A stretch of 64,000 bases of DNA from Candidatus Pacearchaeota archaeon (GCA_018303925.1 JAGVXF010000007.1:56775-120774); one strand, 5' to 3'. Shown: positions 9,597-20,207, counted from the stretch's first letter. Notes: generated by a model from the letters alone, not told the origin. A program made the numbers and translations.

Positions 9597-10226
9597 TTAA
9601 CCCAAATACCTGATTCTTCCGGGTCTTGGCTCAAAAATTATTCCTTCTTCAAGAAGTTTTTGTATTTCTTCATTTATTGTATCCGGCGAGACATCTTTAA
9701 ATTCAAGAATTATTTTTTCAGTGTCAATTCCCCCCTCGCTTTCGGCATTTTTTATCCGTTCAAGAATCCTGTCTTTTATTGCTTTTGCTTCTTTTTTGTC
9801 TTTAATCGGCTTTGTGCTTTCTTTTCTTTGCTTTTCAATTTCAAGTTTCCGGACCAAAAGATACCGAGGGTTTCTTTCAGAAATTATTTCTGGTTGGATG
9901 TATGTTTCATTGTTCCAGTTTCTTACAACCCCTATCACAATAATAGTCTCACCCTGTGCCACATTTCTGAATTTCAGAGTGTCTTCCTCCCCGAAAATTT
10001 TAAGTTTTATTTGACCCGAACCGTCGTCAAGAGTAAAAAAAAGATACTTTTTTTCACCTTCGCTTTCATATTTATCCACTATATTTCCGACAATGTTTGC
10101 CCTTGAAATTTTTTTACTGCCAAGCTCCACATAAAGAAATTTTTCGTTGTCAAAAATCGGCTTACCGAGGAGTATATCCCCCACCCGAAGTTTATATGCA
10201 ACATTTCGCTTAAATTGTTCAACCAT
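9597..10226 (-). CDS. OB-fold nucleic-acid-binding protein with C-terminal winged helix (RPA32-like architecture)
   Basis: N-terminal RPA/SSB-type OB pattern (VGDILLGKPIF...LDDGSGQIKLKIFGEE...VIGVV). C-terminal wH (TINEEIQKLLEEGIIFEPRPGRIRY). Confidence 0.4.
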   Translation of the reverse strand: MVEQFKRNVAYKLRVGDILLGKPIFDNEKFLYVELGSKKISRANIVGNIVDKYESEGEKKYLFFTLDDGSGQIKLKIFGEEDTLKFRNVAQGETIIVIGVVRNWNNETYIQPEIISERNPRYLLVRKLEIEKQRKESTKPIKDKKEAKAIKDRILERIKNAESEGGIDTEKIILEFKDVSPDTINEEIQKLLEEGIIFEPRPGRIRYLG

Positions 10227-10263
10227 GACTGTAAAAATGAGAAACGGTTTTTAAAGATTTAGA

Positions 10264-10812
10264 TTAAAGATTTATATTTAAGGGGAAAATTTTTTTATTC
10301 TCAAATATTTCATTTTTCTGCTGGTCCAGTGCATCAATTATTTCTTTTTTGAAACTAAAAATGTCAAAATCCATTGTTTCAATTACTTTCAATTTTTTCC
10401 CTTCAGTGTATGCCTGTATTGCTGAACCCTTCCCGATTTCAATAGGCGCATACTTATCAAAGTTTTTGCCTAAAAATTCTTTCGCAAAAGAATATTCATT
10501 ATAGTCAAAATTAATTATCGCCCTTAAAAAATAACAATTTCCCAATTCTCTTTCAACCTTTTTATTAAATTTAATTGTCTGATCTGACAAATTATTATAA
10601 CCTCTTTTTGAAAGATTATATGCAATTAAAAAATTTCTAAAATATTGTTTTTCCATAGTTGGAAGAATATTCTTTTCAAGATTTGTTAGAACTTCAAGGA
10701 CCACTTCTAAACTTATTTTTTTATCTTTTGAAATTATTATCGTTTCTTCCATTTTCTTAAACTTTTTGGACAAAACCTCTTCTTGGACGAAAAAGAGTTC
10801 CTTCCTTTGCAA
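10264..10812 (-). CDS. Hypothetical protein between the OB/wH gene and MCM
   Basis: 182-aa ORF in the same orientation as mcm. No motif recognised. Its position suggests a replication accessory protein (a GINS-like protein is one possibility), but this is a guess. Confidence 0.35.
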   Translation of the reverse strand: MQRKELFFVQEEVLSKKFKKMEETIIISKDKKISLEVVLEVLTNLEKNILPTMEKQYFRNFLIAYNLSKRGYNNLSDQTIKFNKKVERELGNCYFLRAIINFDYNEYSFAKEFLGKNFDKYAPIEIGKGSAIQAYTEGKKLKVIETMDFDIFSFKKEIIDALDQQKNEIFENKKIFPLNINL

Positions 10813-12785
10813 GCCTGTCTACGGCCTCTTCAATTTCTTCAGGAGTCAGCTTTCCTTCAAGTTTCTCTTCTACCTTTTTAATCGGGACAATTTCCCCGGT
10901 TTCTTTTATGAGTGCAAAAATTATGTCCCTGACAATAAAAACTTTATTTCTTTGGCTTGATTTCATTTTTCCGGAAATTTTGTCTATATCTATTTCTCCT
11001 GTTTCTTCGTCAAATCCAACTTGCTCAAGGTAGTATTTTAAAAGGTTTATTGCGACTTCCGCATCTTTTCCTTCTACTTTTTCAGACATCCTGAGTTTTG
11101 CCGCCGCTTCAGCCATTCTTATAAGAGAGTTAAGTTGCCTTGCCGAGATAGGAATTGTTCTCATTTCCTGTCCTTCAATCATCGGACGGTTTCGAAGGTT
11201 CACATAAAACTCTTTCATTTTTTCAACTGCTTCATTTGTTAATTTTGGCTGAACTCTTCGCCTTGCATATGCAATATATTTTCTGAAGAGTTCTTTTTCA
11301 ATTATCATTTCTTTTGCTTCTTTCTGATGTTCTTCTAAAATGTGGTCTGCAACTTTGGTGTCATTTCTCATATTTGGGATGTCCCTCATTGTAAAAATAA
11401 GGTCAAACCTGTTGATAAGCGCTGGAGGCAGGTTTATTTGCTGGGGGATTCCCTGAGTCGGGGGCCCGAAGGGTTGCCTGGATATTTGCTTTTGAGATTG
11501 TAACAGTTTGCTGCTCAAGGGCTTCATGCATTGCTGACTGGTCTGACGGGTCCATTTTTTCAAGTTCATCAATACAGACAAGACCTTTATTTGCCAAGAC
11601 CATGGCTCCTGCTTCAAGCGACCACCCTTTAAGATATTCATCTCTTATAACACTTGCAGTCAAACCTGCGCCTGAAGCTGATTTTCCAACGACATAACGG
11701 CCTTTCGGAGAAATATTTGCCATGAAATTCAAAATTACAGACTTTGCAACTCCTGGGTCTCCTATCATCATTATGTGAATATCCCCCCTTGTTTTTTGCC
11801 CGTCTGATTTTTGCTTTTGCACTCCACCAAAAAGCTGAAGAAGAAGAGATTCTTTTATTTTTTCATATCCCCATACACTTGGGGCGATACTATCTCTTAA
11901 ATTTTCACGGACATTTGGGTCTGCCGCAAGTTCCTGAATTTGCTGTTCATCTTCTTCGGTTATGTCAAGTTCTTCAAAAGTTTCTTCAAGAGGAATTATA
12001 TTATTTACTTCAATTGCAAGTTCAAAACGTGTTGACATTCCTCCCGTTGAGAGGGGAACAGGAACTTCATTTAATATTCCTATGACCCGTACTCTTGCTC
12101 CGGGAGTTGTTCTTTCTTCCATTTTAGGATCAACTAAATCTTCTTTTACAAAAACATTTATCCTTTTTGGCTGCTCTCCTCCGTGAAGCATGTCGGGAGC
12201 CTCTTCAACAATAAGTCTTTGCGTGTCAACCATCTCTTTTGAAATTAGTCTGAATCCCCCTCTTCTTCCGCAAGAGCATCGGCTTGGTTCCCTGAACTTT
12301 TTTTCAATCTGAAGGACCGAAATAATTGTTCCACAGCTTGGACATTCAAACTTTGCGTTTACAACCTGCGGACGAACATCTGAAGACTGGCGGATTATTC
12401 CTTCAATTATTATTAATTCATTTAAATGTTTTGAACGGATGTTTCTTATGAGAATTTCATCTGACTTTTCAAGGTTAAAAAGCCTCACTCTTACGTTTTC
12501 AATAAGTCCCATTTCTTCAACTGCAATTTCTATTATTCTAAGGGTTTCTTCAGGGTGTTTTATTATTTCTTCAGAGAGAACCGGCGATTCTTCAGCAATT
12601 TCCATAAAGTCAATATAAACAACATTATTTTCATCCCGCAAGGAAGATTTTAGTTTTTTTTTGTATGAATCAATAAAACGCTTTGATTCTAGGATAAGTT
12701 CTTCCTGCTTTCCTGTTTGCTCTGGTCTTTTAGTCTCAATTATTCTCTCCTCATCCGGTTCTTTTGTAAAGTCCACCTCATCCAT
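10757..12785 (-). pseudogene. mcm: MCM replicative helicase, interrupted; two overlapping ORFs in different frames
   Basis: The 5' ORF (12785..11403) has the Zn finger CPSCG...CSCG, Walker A IGDPGVAKS and Walker B CIDELEKM. The 3' ORF (11641..10757) has the arginine-finger INRFDLIF. At the frame change (about 11460-11475) TLRA in one frame runs directly into PFGPP in the other. The roughly 12-aa sensor-1 segment (NAR..V.AAANPK) expected between them is absent. Confidence 0.8.
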
Positions 12786-12868
12786 ATAAAAAAGATATTC
12801 TTCTTATTTATAAAAATAGTTGTAAATTTTAGAGTGGTTTTGAAGGAGAAGTATTTCTTGAATAGAAA

Positions 12869-13459
12869 TTATTTCTTATATTTCTTTAGAATATTTTTAA
12901 CGTTTTTCAAAAGTCGATTCATTGAGTCTTCAAGTTGTTGCTTATTTTTTGTTCCGGTGCAGACAAGTTTTCCGTTTGAAAAAAGAAGAAAAGTTGCGTT
13001 TGATTCTTCAAGTTTATAGACAAGACCCGGAAACTGTTCGGGCTCATATTCGGTATTTTCCATTTCTAAGGCAAGGTAGTTTAAGTTGAGCTGAAGGTTT
13101 ATAGTTCCTGATGCAACAATATTCTGAACTGTTATTTTTGGGGTGATTGTTATTTTTACGTTGACCTTTTTTAACTGTTTTATAACTTCATCTATGACTT
13201 TTCTGACCTGTGTAAGGGATTTTGTTCCGGTGCAGACCAAATTTCCCGAGGAGAAAACCAGAACTGCTGATTTTGGCTCTTTGATTCTCAAAACGAGCCC
13301 TGGAAAAGTTTCGGGATTATATTCAGTGTTTGGCTGGGTTCTTGCAAGTTTTGTCAAGGGAACAGGTTTCTCCAGAGAAGTTGTTGCTACAATATTTTGT
13401 ATTTTATATTCAGAATGTTTTTTGAATGAGTGAGGAGACGCACTTTTTTTTGCAGTCAT
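12869..13459 (-). CDS. tbp: TATA-box-binding protein
   Basis: Two direct TBP repeats (NIVATTSL...FPGLVLRIKEPK and NIVASGTI...FPGLVYKLEESN). Length 196 aa. Confidence 0.95.
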   Translation of the reverse strand: MTAKKSASPHSFKKHSEYKIQNIVATTSLEKPVPLTKLARTQPNTEYNPETFPGLVLRIKEPKSAVLVFSSGNLVCTGTKSLTQVRKVIDEVIKQLKKVNVKITITPKITVQNIVASGTINLQLNLNYLALEMENTEYEPEQFPGLVYKLEESNATFLLFSNGKLVCTGTKNKQQLEDSMNRLLKNVKNILKKYKK

Positions 13460-13550
13460 TCTTTTTAAAGAAAAAAGGCGTTTATAAAGCTTTAGCGGAG
13501 TTTTTTTGCTGTTTCTGAATTAGATGTAAAAATTTTGTACATCTTCAAAT

Positions 13551-15272
13551 TTATCCATACTTATAATTTTTTGATTTTTGTTCCAAAAAATCTTTTTCGA
13601 CTTCGTTTAGATCTGCAATTTCTGAAATTGGTTTGTCGGGGCGAAGTGCCGCTATTCTTGGAAACCTTAAAGCCCAGCCTGATTCGTAATTAGGGGATTT
13701 TTGAATGTCCTGATAATGAACAGTTACAACAATTTTTGATTTAACCTTTACATTTTTGCCTTTTTCTTCGATGATTAATGGAGTCATAAGTTTAGTTAAT
13801 TCATCAAAAGTCACTTTATTTTCTTCATTTATTTTTTCGCCTATTCCTGTTCCTACTTTTCCGACTTCAAGATATTTACCATCCTTTTTGCATGAGAGGT
13901 TGAAAGATGAAATCCAGCCCGACCTTTTTCCCGAACCCCATTCTCCCCCGGTTATAACAAGGTCAATTTCATTTGTTTCGGGCTTTAACTTGAGCATGTT
14001 TCCAACTCTTCGACCGGGTTTATACGGAGCATTTAAGCTTTTGAACATAATTCCCTCCTGATTGTCTTTTAGCGCTGCCTTATAAAAAGATTCAACGACT
14101 TTTTTATCGTCAGTTATTTTCATTTTTGAAGAAATAAGTTTGTAGGGGTGCTCTTTTATAATTTCCCTTACTAATTTTGCCCTTTTTTCAAAAGGAATGG
14201 AAAGCATGTTTTTTCCGTCATAATACAAAATGTCAAAGACATTCACTTCTACGGGAAGTTTTTCAGATATTTTTTCGATATTATATTTTCTTTTTATTCT
14301 TTGTGAAACTGCCTGAAAATCCGTGTATTTTTTTGTTTTTTTGTCATATCCAACTACTTCTGAGTCAAGTATAAATGAATCTCCCTTTACATATTCTTTT
14401 ACATAATTAATCACTTCCGGAAATTGCTTTGTTACATTCTCAAGGCTCCTTGTAAAAAGAGTTATTTTGCCTTCCCTTTTGTGAATAAGCAATCTGAATC
14501 CATCGTATTTATATTCAATAGCAATGGGTTTACCAAGATGCTTAAATGCATCTTCTACATTTTTAGCTTTTTGTGCAAGCATCGCTTTTATTGGCTTTCC
14601 CACCTGCAAATCTATTTTTTCAAATTCTTTTATTTTTCCCTCTCTTGCAACTTCAAAGACTTCCTTTAAATCGTTTGACCTGTCAATTACTCTTTGGATT
14701 TCTTCTTCGTAATCTTTGTTGTTTTTGAAAAAGGCTTTAAGGATTGCATACTTTATAGTTGACTCTTGGACCCCAATTCTCAAATCTCCTATGAGGGTCC
14801 TGACAAGATAAAGTGCTTCGAGAGGAGACGCTGAAGTTAAGAGTTCAGTAATAAGAGAAATTTTTTTTTCTATTGTTCCTTTGCCTTCAAATTCAGTTAA
14901 TTTTCTTAAATTGTCAACGACTTTTCCGGTTGTTAAAATGTGGGATGCAAGGGTTGTTTGTTTTTTTGATTTTATGAGCTCCTTTGCAACTTCTCCAATA
15001 TCTCCAGTTTTTTTCCAGTGTAAGACAACTTTTTTCCCATCTGTTCCCGTTGCTTTTGAAATTGCTTTAATAGCCAGTTGGTTTGAAATTCCGATTTTTC
15101 TTTCATCATATGAAGGATAAATTCTTCCTTCCAAAAGATACATTATGTCAGAATCTTCTTTTGGAATTTCCTCTAAAAATTTTGACAGGATGTCAATTTT
15201 TTCAAGTCTCTTTGAAGTTTGAGAGAGTTCATAATAAACTTTGGAGAGTTTTTCATATCTCATTCTGGGCAA
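13551..15272 (-). CDS. lig: ATP-dependent DNA ligase
   Basis: Adenylation motif KYDG (IEYKYDGFRLLIHK), OB-domain motifs and a length of 573 aa. Confidence 0.95.
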   Translation of the reverse strand: MPRMRYEKLSKVYYELSQTSKRLEKIDILSKFLEEIPKEDSDIMYLLEGRIYPSYDERKIGISNQLAIKAISKATGTDGKKVVLHWKKTGDIGEVAKELIKSKKQTTLASHILTTGKVVDNLRKLTEFEGKGTIEKKISLITELLTSASPLEALYLVRTLIGDLRIGVQESTIKYAILKAFFKNNKDYEEEIQRVIDRSNDLKEVFEVAREGKIKEFEKIDLQVGKPIKAMLAQKAKNVEDAFKHLGKPIAIEYKYDGFRLLIHKREGKITLFTRSLENVTKQFPEVINYVKEYVKGDSFILDSEVVGYDKKTKKYTDFQAVSQRIKRKYNIEKISEKLPVEVNVFDILYYDGKNMLSIPFEKRAKLVREIIKEHPYKLISSKMKITDDKKVVESFYKAALKDNQEGIMFKSLNAPYKPGRRVGNMLKLKPETNEIDLVITGGEWGSGKRSGWISSFNLSCKKDGKYLEVGKVGTGIGEKINEENKVTFDELTKLMTPLIIEEKGKNVKVKSKIVVTVHYQDIQKSPNYESGWALRFPRIAALRPDKPISEIADLNEVEKDFLEQKSKNYKYG

Positions 15273-15355
15273 AAGAAAGAGAAGTTTTTAATATTTGGGG
15301 TTTTGAAGCAGAATCATTGTGGATTATTTTATGCAATTGTATAAATTTTTATATA

Positions 15356-15971
15356 TTATTTATTCTTAGCCTCTTGATAGTTTTTTTCAACTTGCTCCCA
15401 ATTAATCACATGAAAGAATGCTTCTATGTAATCCGGTCTCTTATTCTGATATTTTAAGTAATATGCATGTTCCCAGACATCAATCCCGAGAATCGGAATT
15501 AATCTGCTTGAGATGGGAGAGTCTTGGTTTTTTGTCTTGACTATTTTTAGTTTATTTTTGTCAAGAACAATCCATGCCCAACCGCTCCCAAATAAAGTTA
15601 TGGCGGCTTCTGAAAATTGTTTTTTGAATTCGTCATATGAGCCGAATGTTTTTTTGATTTCGTCAATGACTTTGCCTTTTGCCCTGACATCCTTTTTTAA
15701 TATTGAAAAGAAAAAATTATGGTTGTATGCCCCCCCGCCATGGTTTATCACAGCCTGCTTTATGTCTTTAGGAACTGAATCAATATTTTCCAAGAGTTCT
15801 TTGACTGATTTTTCCTCCAACCATCTCCATTGTCTCTTTGTCAATGTAAGGTTCAAGGGAATCATAATCATAAGGAAGGGGATTTAATTCATATGCCATA
15901 TATGAAAATATTTTCATGTGTTTATATAATTTTTGGTGTTTTGGAAGATTTATATATTTCTCCTTAATCAA
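15356..15971 (-). pseudogene. Fe/Mn superoxide dismutase with a disrupted N-terminal region
   Basis: C-terminal domain intact (DVWEHAYYLKYQNKRPDYIEAFFHVINW; NHGGGAYNH). The N-terminus MAYELNPLPYDYDSLEPYIDKETMEM is in another frame and runs into a stop. The expected HHxKHH...YVNNLN segment is replaced by about 5 aa plus a frameshift, so the first His ligand is lost. Confidence 0.55.
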
Positions 15972-15977
15972 TTATCT

Positions 15978-16232
15978 ATGGTTTCAATTGAAAAACTTAC
16001 AAAAGGGCAGGAGATTAATGGAGAAAATCCCAGAGTCAATTCTAAAAAACCCGTCAAAAAACTGGATAGGTCTTTTGAGGAGATTAAAAGACCAATGAAA
16101 ATCATAGAAGATTATGATAAAATGATAGAAATAGTAAAACAATACTCTCTCAAAAAAAAAGTAAGAGTTTATTATTCTCCTCGTTACGAAATTTCAGGTT
16201 CACATCCTCTCAAGAATATCAATTCCCAATAA
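15978..16232 (+). CDS. Hypothetical small protein (about 84 aa from an internal Met)
   Basis: ORF in the gap between the SOD remnant and argS. It overlaps the argS 3' end by about 30 nt. Composition is coding-like. No motif. Confidence 0.25.
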   Translation: MVSIEKLTKGQEINGENPRVNSKKPVKKLDRSFEEIKRPMKIIEDYDKMIEIVKQYSLKKKVRVYYSPRYEISGSHPLKNINSQ

Positions 16233-17903
16233 ATAAAGTGAATTTTTCAATACTTGCTTGAAAGAATCAACCAGGCCCAGTCTAAACTCTTCTTTTTCAG
16301 ATCCGATTACATCAAGAGAATGGTAAAATTCATTAAATATTTTTGCAAGTTCATAAGAATAGTTTGCAATGAGTGAAGGGTCAAGGGAATTATATGATTT
16401 TTTTATAATTTCCGGAAATTCCCCCGTTTTTAAAATCAGTTCAGTTTCTTTTTCCTCAAGTTCTTCGGGCATTACAGAACTGACTTCTTTTTTTGACTTT
16501 TTCAGAATAGAATTTGCTCTTGCATATGAGTACAGTAAGTAGGGGCCCGTGTTTCCCTCGAGGGAAATTGATTCTTTTGTATTAAAAAGCATGTCTTTTT
16601 TTATGTCTATTTTTAATAAAAAATACTTTATTGCCGCAAGGGCGATTGTATGGCTTCTTTTTTCAAGTTCTTTAGATGAAATTTTTTCCCTTTTTGAAAT
16701 TTCCCTTTTGGCAAGATTTTCCATTTCTTCAATGAGATTATCGGCATCAACAACAGTTCCTTCACGGGACTTCATTTTTCCTTCAGGGAGGTTGACCATC
16801 CCATAAGAAAGGTGCTTTAATCCCTTTAAGGGAATTCCCAATTTTTCTAAAATTTTGAAAAGAACCCTGAAGTGATATTCCTGCTCGCTTCCCACGACAT
16901 AATAACTTTTTGTCAGTTTGAATTCTTTTTGTTTAAGATAAGCAAGATAAAGATCCTGGGTGATGTAAAGTGAAGTTCCGTCTGCTCTTAAGAGGTATTT
17001 TTCACCTAACCCCCATTTTTTCAGATCAAACTTTATTGAGCCGTCTTCAAGTTTTTCAAAAATACCTTTTTTTACTCCGTCCAGAATTATTTCTTTTCCT
17101 TTTTTGTAAATTTTACTTTCAAAGTATTCTTTGTCGTGGGTTATCCCAAAATTTTTATAGGTTTCATTAAATCCTTGAAATGCCCATTTATTCATTTTTT
17201 TCCAAAGATTAACTGTCTCTTTGTCGCCTTTTTCCCATTTTCCCAAAAGATCGTGGACTTCTTTTTCTATGCCCGGATTTTCCTTTTCTTTTTTTGAGTA
17301 TAAGACATAAAAGTTTCCGACAAGGTGATCAGACTTTAGTTTTTCAGAGGGTTTTTTTCCTTTTCCCCATTTTTTGTAAGCCAAAATTGATTTACATATA
17401 TGAATTCCCTTGTCATTGTTCAGGTTTGCTCTTACAACTTTTTCACCATTAAACTCAGAAATTCTTGACAAACTTTCACCAAGAGACATGTTCCTTAAAT
17501 GTCCTAAGTGAAGAGGCTTGTTTGTATTTGGGGAAGGAAACTCAATCATTGTCTTTTCCTTTTTTCCCCCATTATTTTTTCCGAAATTATCCCCCTCTTT
17601 TTTTATTTTTTTTATAATCTGATAAGCAAGGCTTTTTCTGTTCAAAAAAAAGTTTATGTAAGCTCCGGCAGTTTCTATATCCGAAAACTCAAGAGGTGCG
17701 TTTCCAATTGCTTTACGGATTTGTATTGCAATTTCATGAGGCGGCATTTTCATAATTCCGGAAAGAAAAAAACATGTAAAGGCAAAATCTCCTTTTGAAT
17801 AGTCTTTTGGAATTTCTATGAATGAACTTATTTTTTCATCTTCAAGTTTGACATTCAGTTTGCCAAGAGCTTTTTTTATTGTTTCAAAGACCGCCTCTTT
17901 CAT
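16200..17903 (-). CDS. argS: Arginyl-tRNA synthetase
   Basis: Class I HIGH-region PNTNKPLHLGHLRN, a KMSKS-like GKMKSREGT, and a C-terminal DALR-type anticodon-binding tail. Confidence 0.9.
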   Translation of the reverse strand: MKEAVFETIKKALGKLNVKLEDEKISSFIEIPKDYSKGDFAFTCFFLSGIMKMPPHEIAIQIRKAIGNAPLEFSDIETAGAYINFFLNRKSLAYQIIKKIKKEGDNFGKNNGGKKEKTMIEFPSPNTNKPLHLGHLRNMSLGESLSRISEFNGEKVVRANLNNDKGIHICKSILAYKKWGKGKKPSEKLKSDHLVGNFYVLYSKKEKENPGIEKEVHDLLGKWEKGDKETVNLWKKMNKWAFQGFNETYKNFGITHDKEYFESKIYKKGKEIILDGVKKGIFEKLEDGSIKFDLKKWGLGEKYLLRADGTSLYITQDLYLAYLKQKEFKLTKSYYVVGSEQEYHFRVLFKILEKLGIPLKGLKHLSYGMVNLPEGKMKSREGTVVDADNLIEEMENLAKREISKREKISSKELEKRSHTIALAAIKYFLLKIDIKKDMLFNTKESISLEGNTGPYLLYSYARANSILKKSKKEVSSVMPEELEEKETELILKTGEFPEIIKKSYNSLDPSLIANYSYELAKIFNEFYHSLDVIGSEKEEFRLGLVDSFKQVLKNSLYLLGIDILERM

Positions 17904-17939
17904 AAAATAATTCAGTAAAACCCGCTTAATAAATTTTGT

Positions 17940-18485
17940 TTAATTTTTCAGCCCCAAAATTCCCAAAACTTTCCCGTTAATTTCTTCTATGGTTTTTCCT
18001 GCATCAATTTCATAAAACTTAAAATTCTCCTTTAAGTAATTTAAAATTGGTTCTGTCTTTTTTCTGTATTCGTCGAATCTTTTTTTGACTGAAATTATAT
18101 TGTCATCTGTCCTGCCTTCATTTCTTTTGAGTATTCTTTCAACAGCCTTTTTTTCGTCAATTGAGAAGTAAAGGGCTGTCTCTGCAAGATTTTTCTTTTT
18201 TGCGTATTCTGCCTGAGGGAGAGTTCTTATAAATCCATCCAGGATATAACCCGTTGAACCCCTTGGAAGTTTTGAAATTCCTTCTTTAATAAGTTTGAAA
18301 ATTAACCGGTCTGAAAGAAGTTTTCCCCGGGGATACTCAATTTCTTTGTACTTTACAATCACAGAGTCGGAGGATTTTCTTATTAAGTCTCCACTACTTA
18401 GATTGATAAAACCATATTTTTCAAGGAGTTTTGCCTGTGTTCCTTTACCCGAACCAGGCGGGCCTATAAACAAGAGTTTTTTCAT
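17940..18485 (-). CDS. adk: Adenylate kinase (short bacterial/eukaryal type)
   Basis: P-loop GPPGSGKGTQ, NMP-binding SSGDLIR, and GYILDGFIRT. Confidence 0.85.
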   Translation of the reverse strand: MKKLLFIGPPGSGKGTQAKLLEKYGFINLSSGDLIRKSSDSVIVKYKEIEYPRGKLLSDRLIFKLIKEGISKLPRGSTGYILDGFIRTLPQAEYAKKKNLAETALYFSIDEKKAVERILKRNEGRTDDNIISVKKRFDEYRKKTEPILNYLKENFKFYEIDAGKTIEEINGKVLGILGLKN

Positions 18486-18543
18486 AATATTGGTTGTTAA
18501 GGTAGCTTTTTATATTCTTTAGAAGAGAATTGATTGAATTTAA

Positions 18544-18855
18544 TTAAATCTTATAATTTTTAATATCGATGTAGAGGTCTTCAGATTTATCAGCACCAAT
18601 GTTTACCGGGGCGAAGAATCGATAATTAGGGTTCATTCCTTTTTCAATTTCTTTTAGTAATAATTCAGGTATTTTTTCAGTATCAAAATATAAAACTTCT
18701 TCTGTATTCCAACCTGGGATTAAAAAACCAATTTTGTTGCTTAAGCAATCTAAAGAATCAATTCTTACCAAAGTATTCCATAACCTTTTTTCATTTGGAT
18801 TCAAATCCACCCTTTTTTTAAGGGGGAGGTTACCTTTACTTAACATTTTAATCAA
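18544..18855 (-). CDS. Hypothetical protein (103 aa)
   Basis: ORF with coding-like composition. No motif recognised. Confidence 0.35.
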   Translation of the reverse strand: MIKMLSKGNLPLKKRVDLNPNEKRLWNTLVRIDSLDCLSNKIGFLIPGWNTEEVLYFDTEKIPELLLKEIEKGMNPNYRFFAPVNIGADKSEDLYIDIKNYKI

Positions 18856-18946
18856 AAACCAATTAAGTTTTTAATCTTTTCCGCAATTTATTTTCTTCCG
18901 TTATTATAAACTTAAAACATATAAATTCCTTATCCCTTTATTTTTT

Positions 18947-19189
18947 ATGGTATGGAAAGAAGAAGACATGCTTTTAGTGAAAGAATTCAAATTTAAGGAT
19001 TTTTTAGGGGCTATTGAGTTTGTTAATAAGGTTGCAAAATTAGCCGAAAGGATAAATCATCACCCGAATATTTTGATTCACTCTTACAATTTGGTCAGAA
19101 TCACTTTGACGACCCACTCGGAAAACAAAATCACAAAAAAAGATTATGAAATGGCAAAAGAGATTGATAAGCTTTTATCCTCATTTTGA
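18947..19189 (+). CDS. Pterin-4a-carbinolamine dehydratase (PCD/DCoH)
   Basis: AERINHHPNILIHSYNLVRITLTTH matches the PCD signature E-x-HHP-x5-[YW]-x9-H. Confidence 0.65.
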   Translation: MVWKEEDMLLVKEFKFKDFLGAIEFVNKVAKLAERINHHPNILIHSYNLVRITLTTHSENKITKKDYEMAKEIDKLLSSF

Positions 19190-19258
19190 ACTGCAAAATT
19201 TCCGCAGTATTTTTCAATTCTAACAAACTTATTTAAATGAAAATTTCTTTGTTTGGCA

Positions 19259-20179
19259 ATGGAGAAATTAATTATTATTGGTGCAGGGGTTGCCGGATGG
19301 ACTGCGGCGATTTATGCCGGAAGAGCAAGCCTTGAACCATTGATGTTTACCGGGATTGAAGAAGGGGGTCAGCTTATGCTTACCACTGATGTTGAAAACT
19401 TTCCCGGCTTTCCGGAGGGAATTATTGGATCGGATTTAGTAGAAAAACTAAAAAAGCAGGCTGAGAGATTCGGAACAAGAATTTTTCAAAAAAATGTTAC
19501 GGGGTTTAAAAAAATAAAAGGAGGTTATGAAATTGCTGTGGGAAAAGAAAAATATTCCTCTAAGACAATAATCATTTCAACCGGTGCATCTGCGCGTTGG
19601 CTTGGGCTGCCCAACGAAAAAAACTTTCAGGGTCGCGGCCTTCATACATGCGCTACATGTGATGGTTTTTTTTATAAAGATAAGGAGATTTTTGTTGTTG
19701 GGGGCGGAGATTCAGCCATGGAGGAAGCAAACTTTTTAACAAAGTTTGCAAAAAAAGTCACAATAGTGCACAGGAAAGATACTTTTCGCGCAAGTAAAAT
19801 TATGCAGGAAAAAGTCAGAAAAAATCCCAAAATTGAAATAATGCTGGATTCAGAAATTACCGGACTAAAGGGGGAGCCTCCGTTGAAAATGGTTACAATA
19901 AAAAATGCGAAAACAGGAAAAACAAAGAATTACAAAATAGATGGAATTTTTTTGGCAATAGGCCACATCCCAAACACAGCAATTTTTCAGGGGTTAGTAG
20001 AACTTGATGAGCATGGATTTATAAAAACTGATAGAAGAATGAGGACAAACCTCCCCGGGGTTTTTGCAGCGGGGGATGTTCAGGACCCGATTTACAAGCA
20101 GGCAGTTACGGCCGCCGGAACAGGATGCCAGGCAGCAATGGAAGCAGAAAGATATTATGATGAAGTGAAAGAGAAATAA
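19259..20179 (+). CDS. trxB: Thioredoxin-disulfide reductase
   Basis: FAD motif GAGVAG, redox-active CATCDG and NADPH motif GGGDSAMEEA. Possible alternative TTG start at 19253. Confidence 0.9.
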   Translation: MEKLIIIGAGVAGWTAAIYAGRASLEPLMFTGIEEGGQLMLTTDVENFPGFPEGIIGSDLVEKLKKQAERFGTRIFQKNVTGFKKIKGGYEIAVGKEKYSSKTIIISTGASARWLGLPNEKNFQGRGLHTCATCDGFFYKDKEIFVVGGGDSAMEEANFLTKFAKKVTIVHRKDTFRASKIMQEKVRKNPKIEIMLDSEITGLKGEPPLKMVTIKNAKTGKTKNYKIDGIFLAIGHIPNTAIFQGLVELDEHGFIKTDRRMRTNLPGVFAAGDVQDPIYKQAVTAAGTGCQAAMEAERYYDEVKEK

Positions 20180-20207
20180 TTTTAAACATCAAACACTTGC
20201 TTAATTT

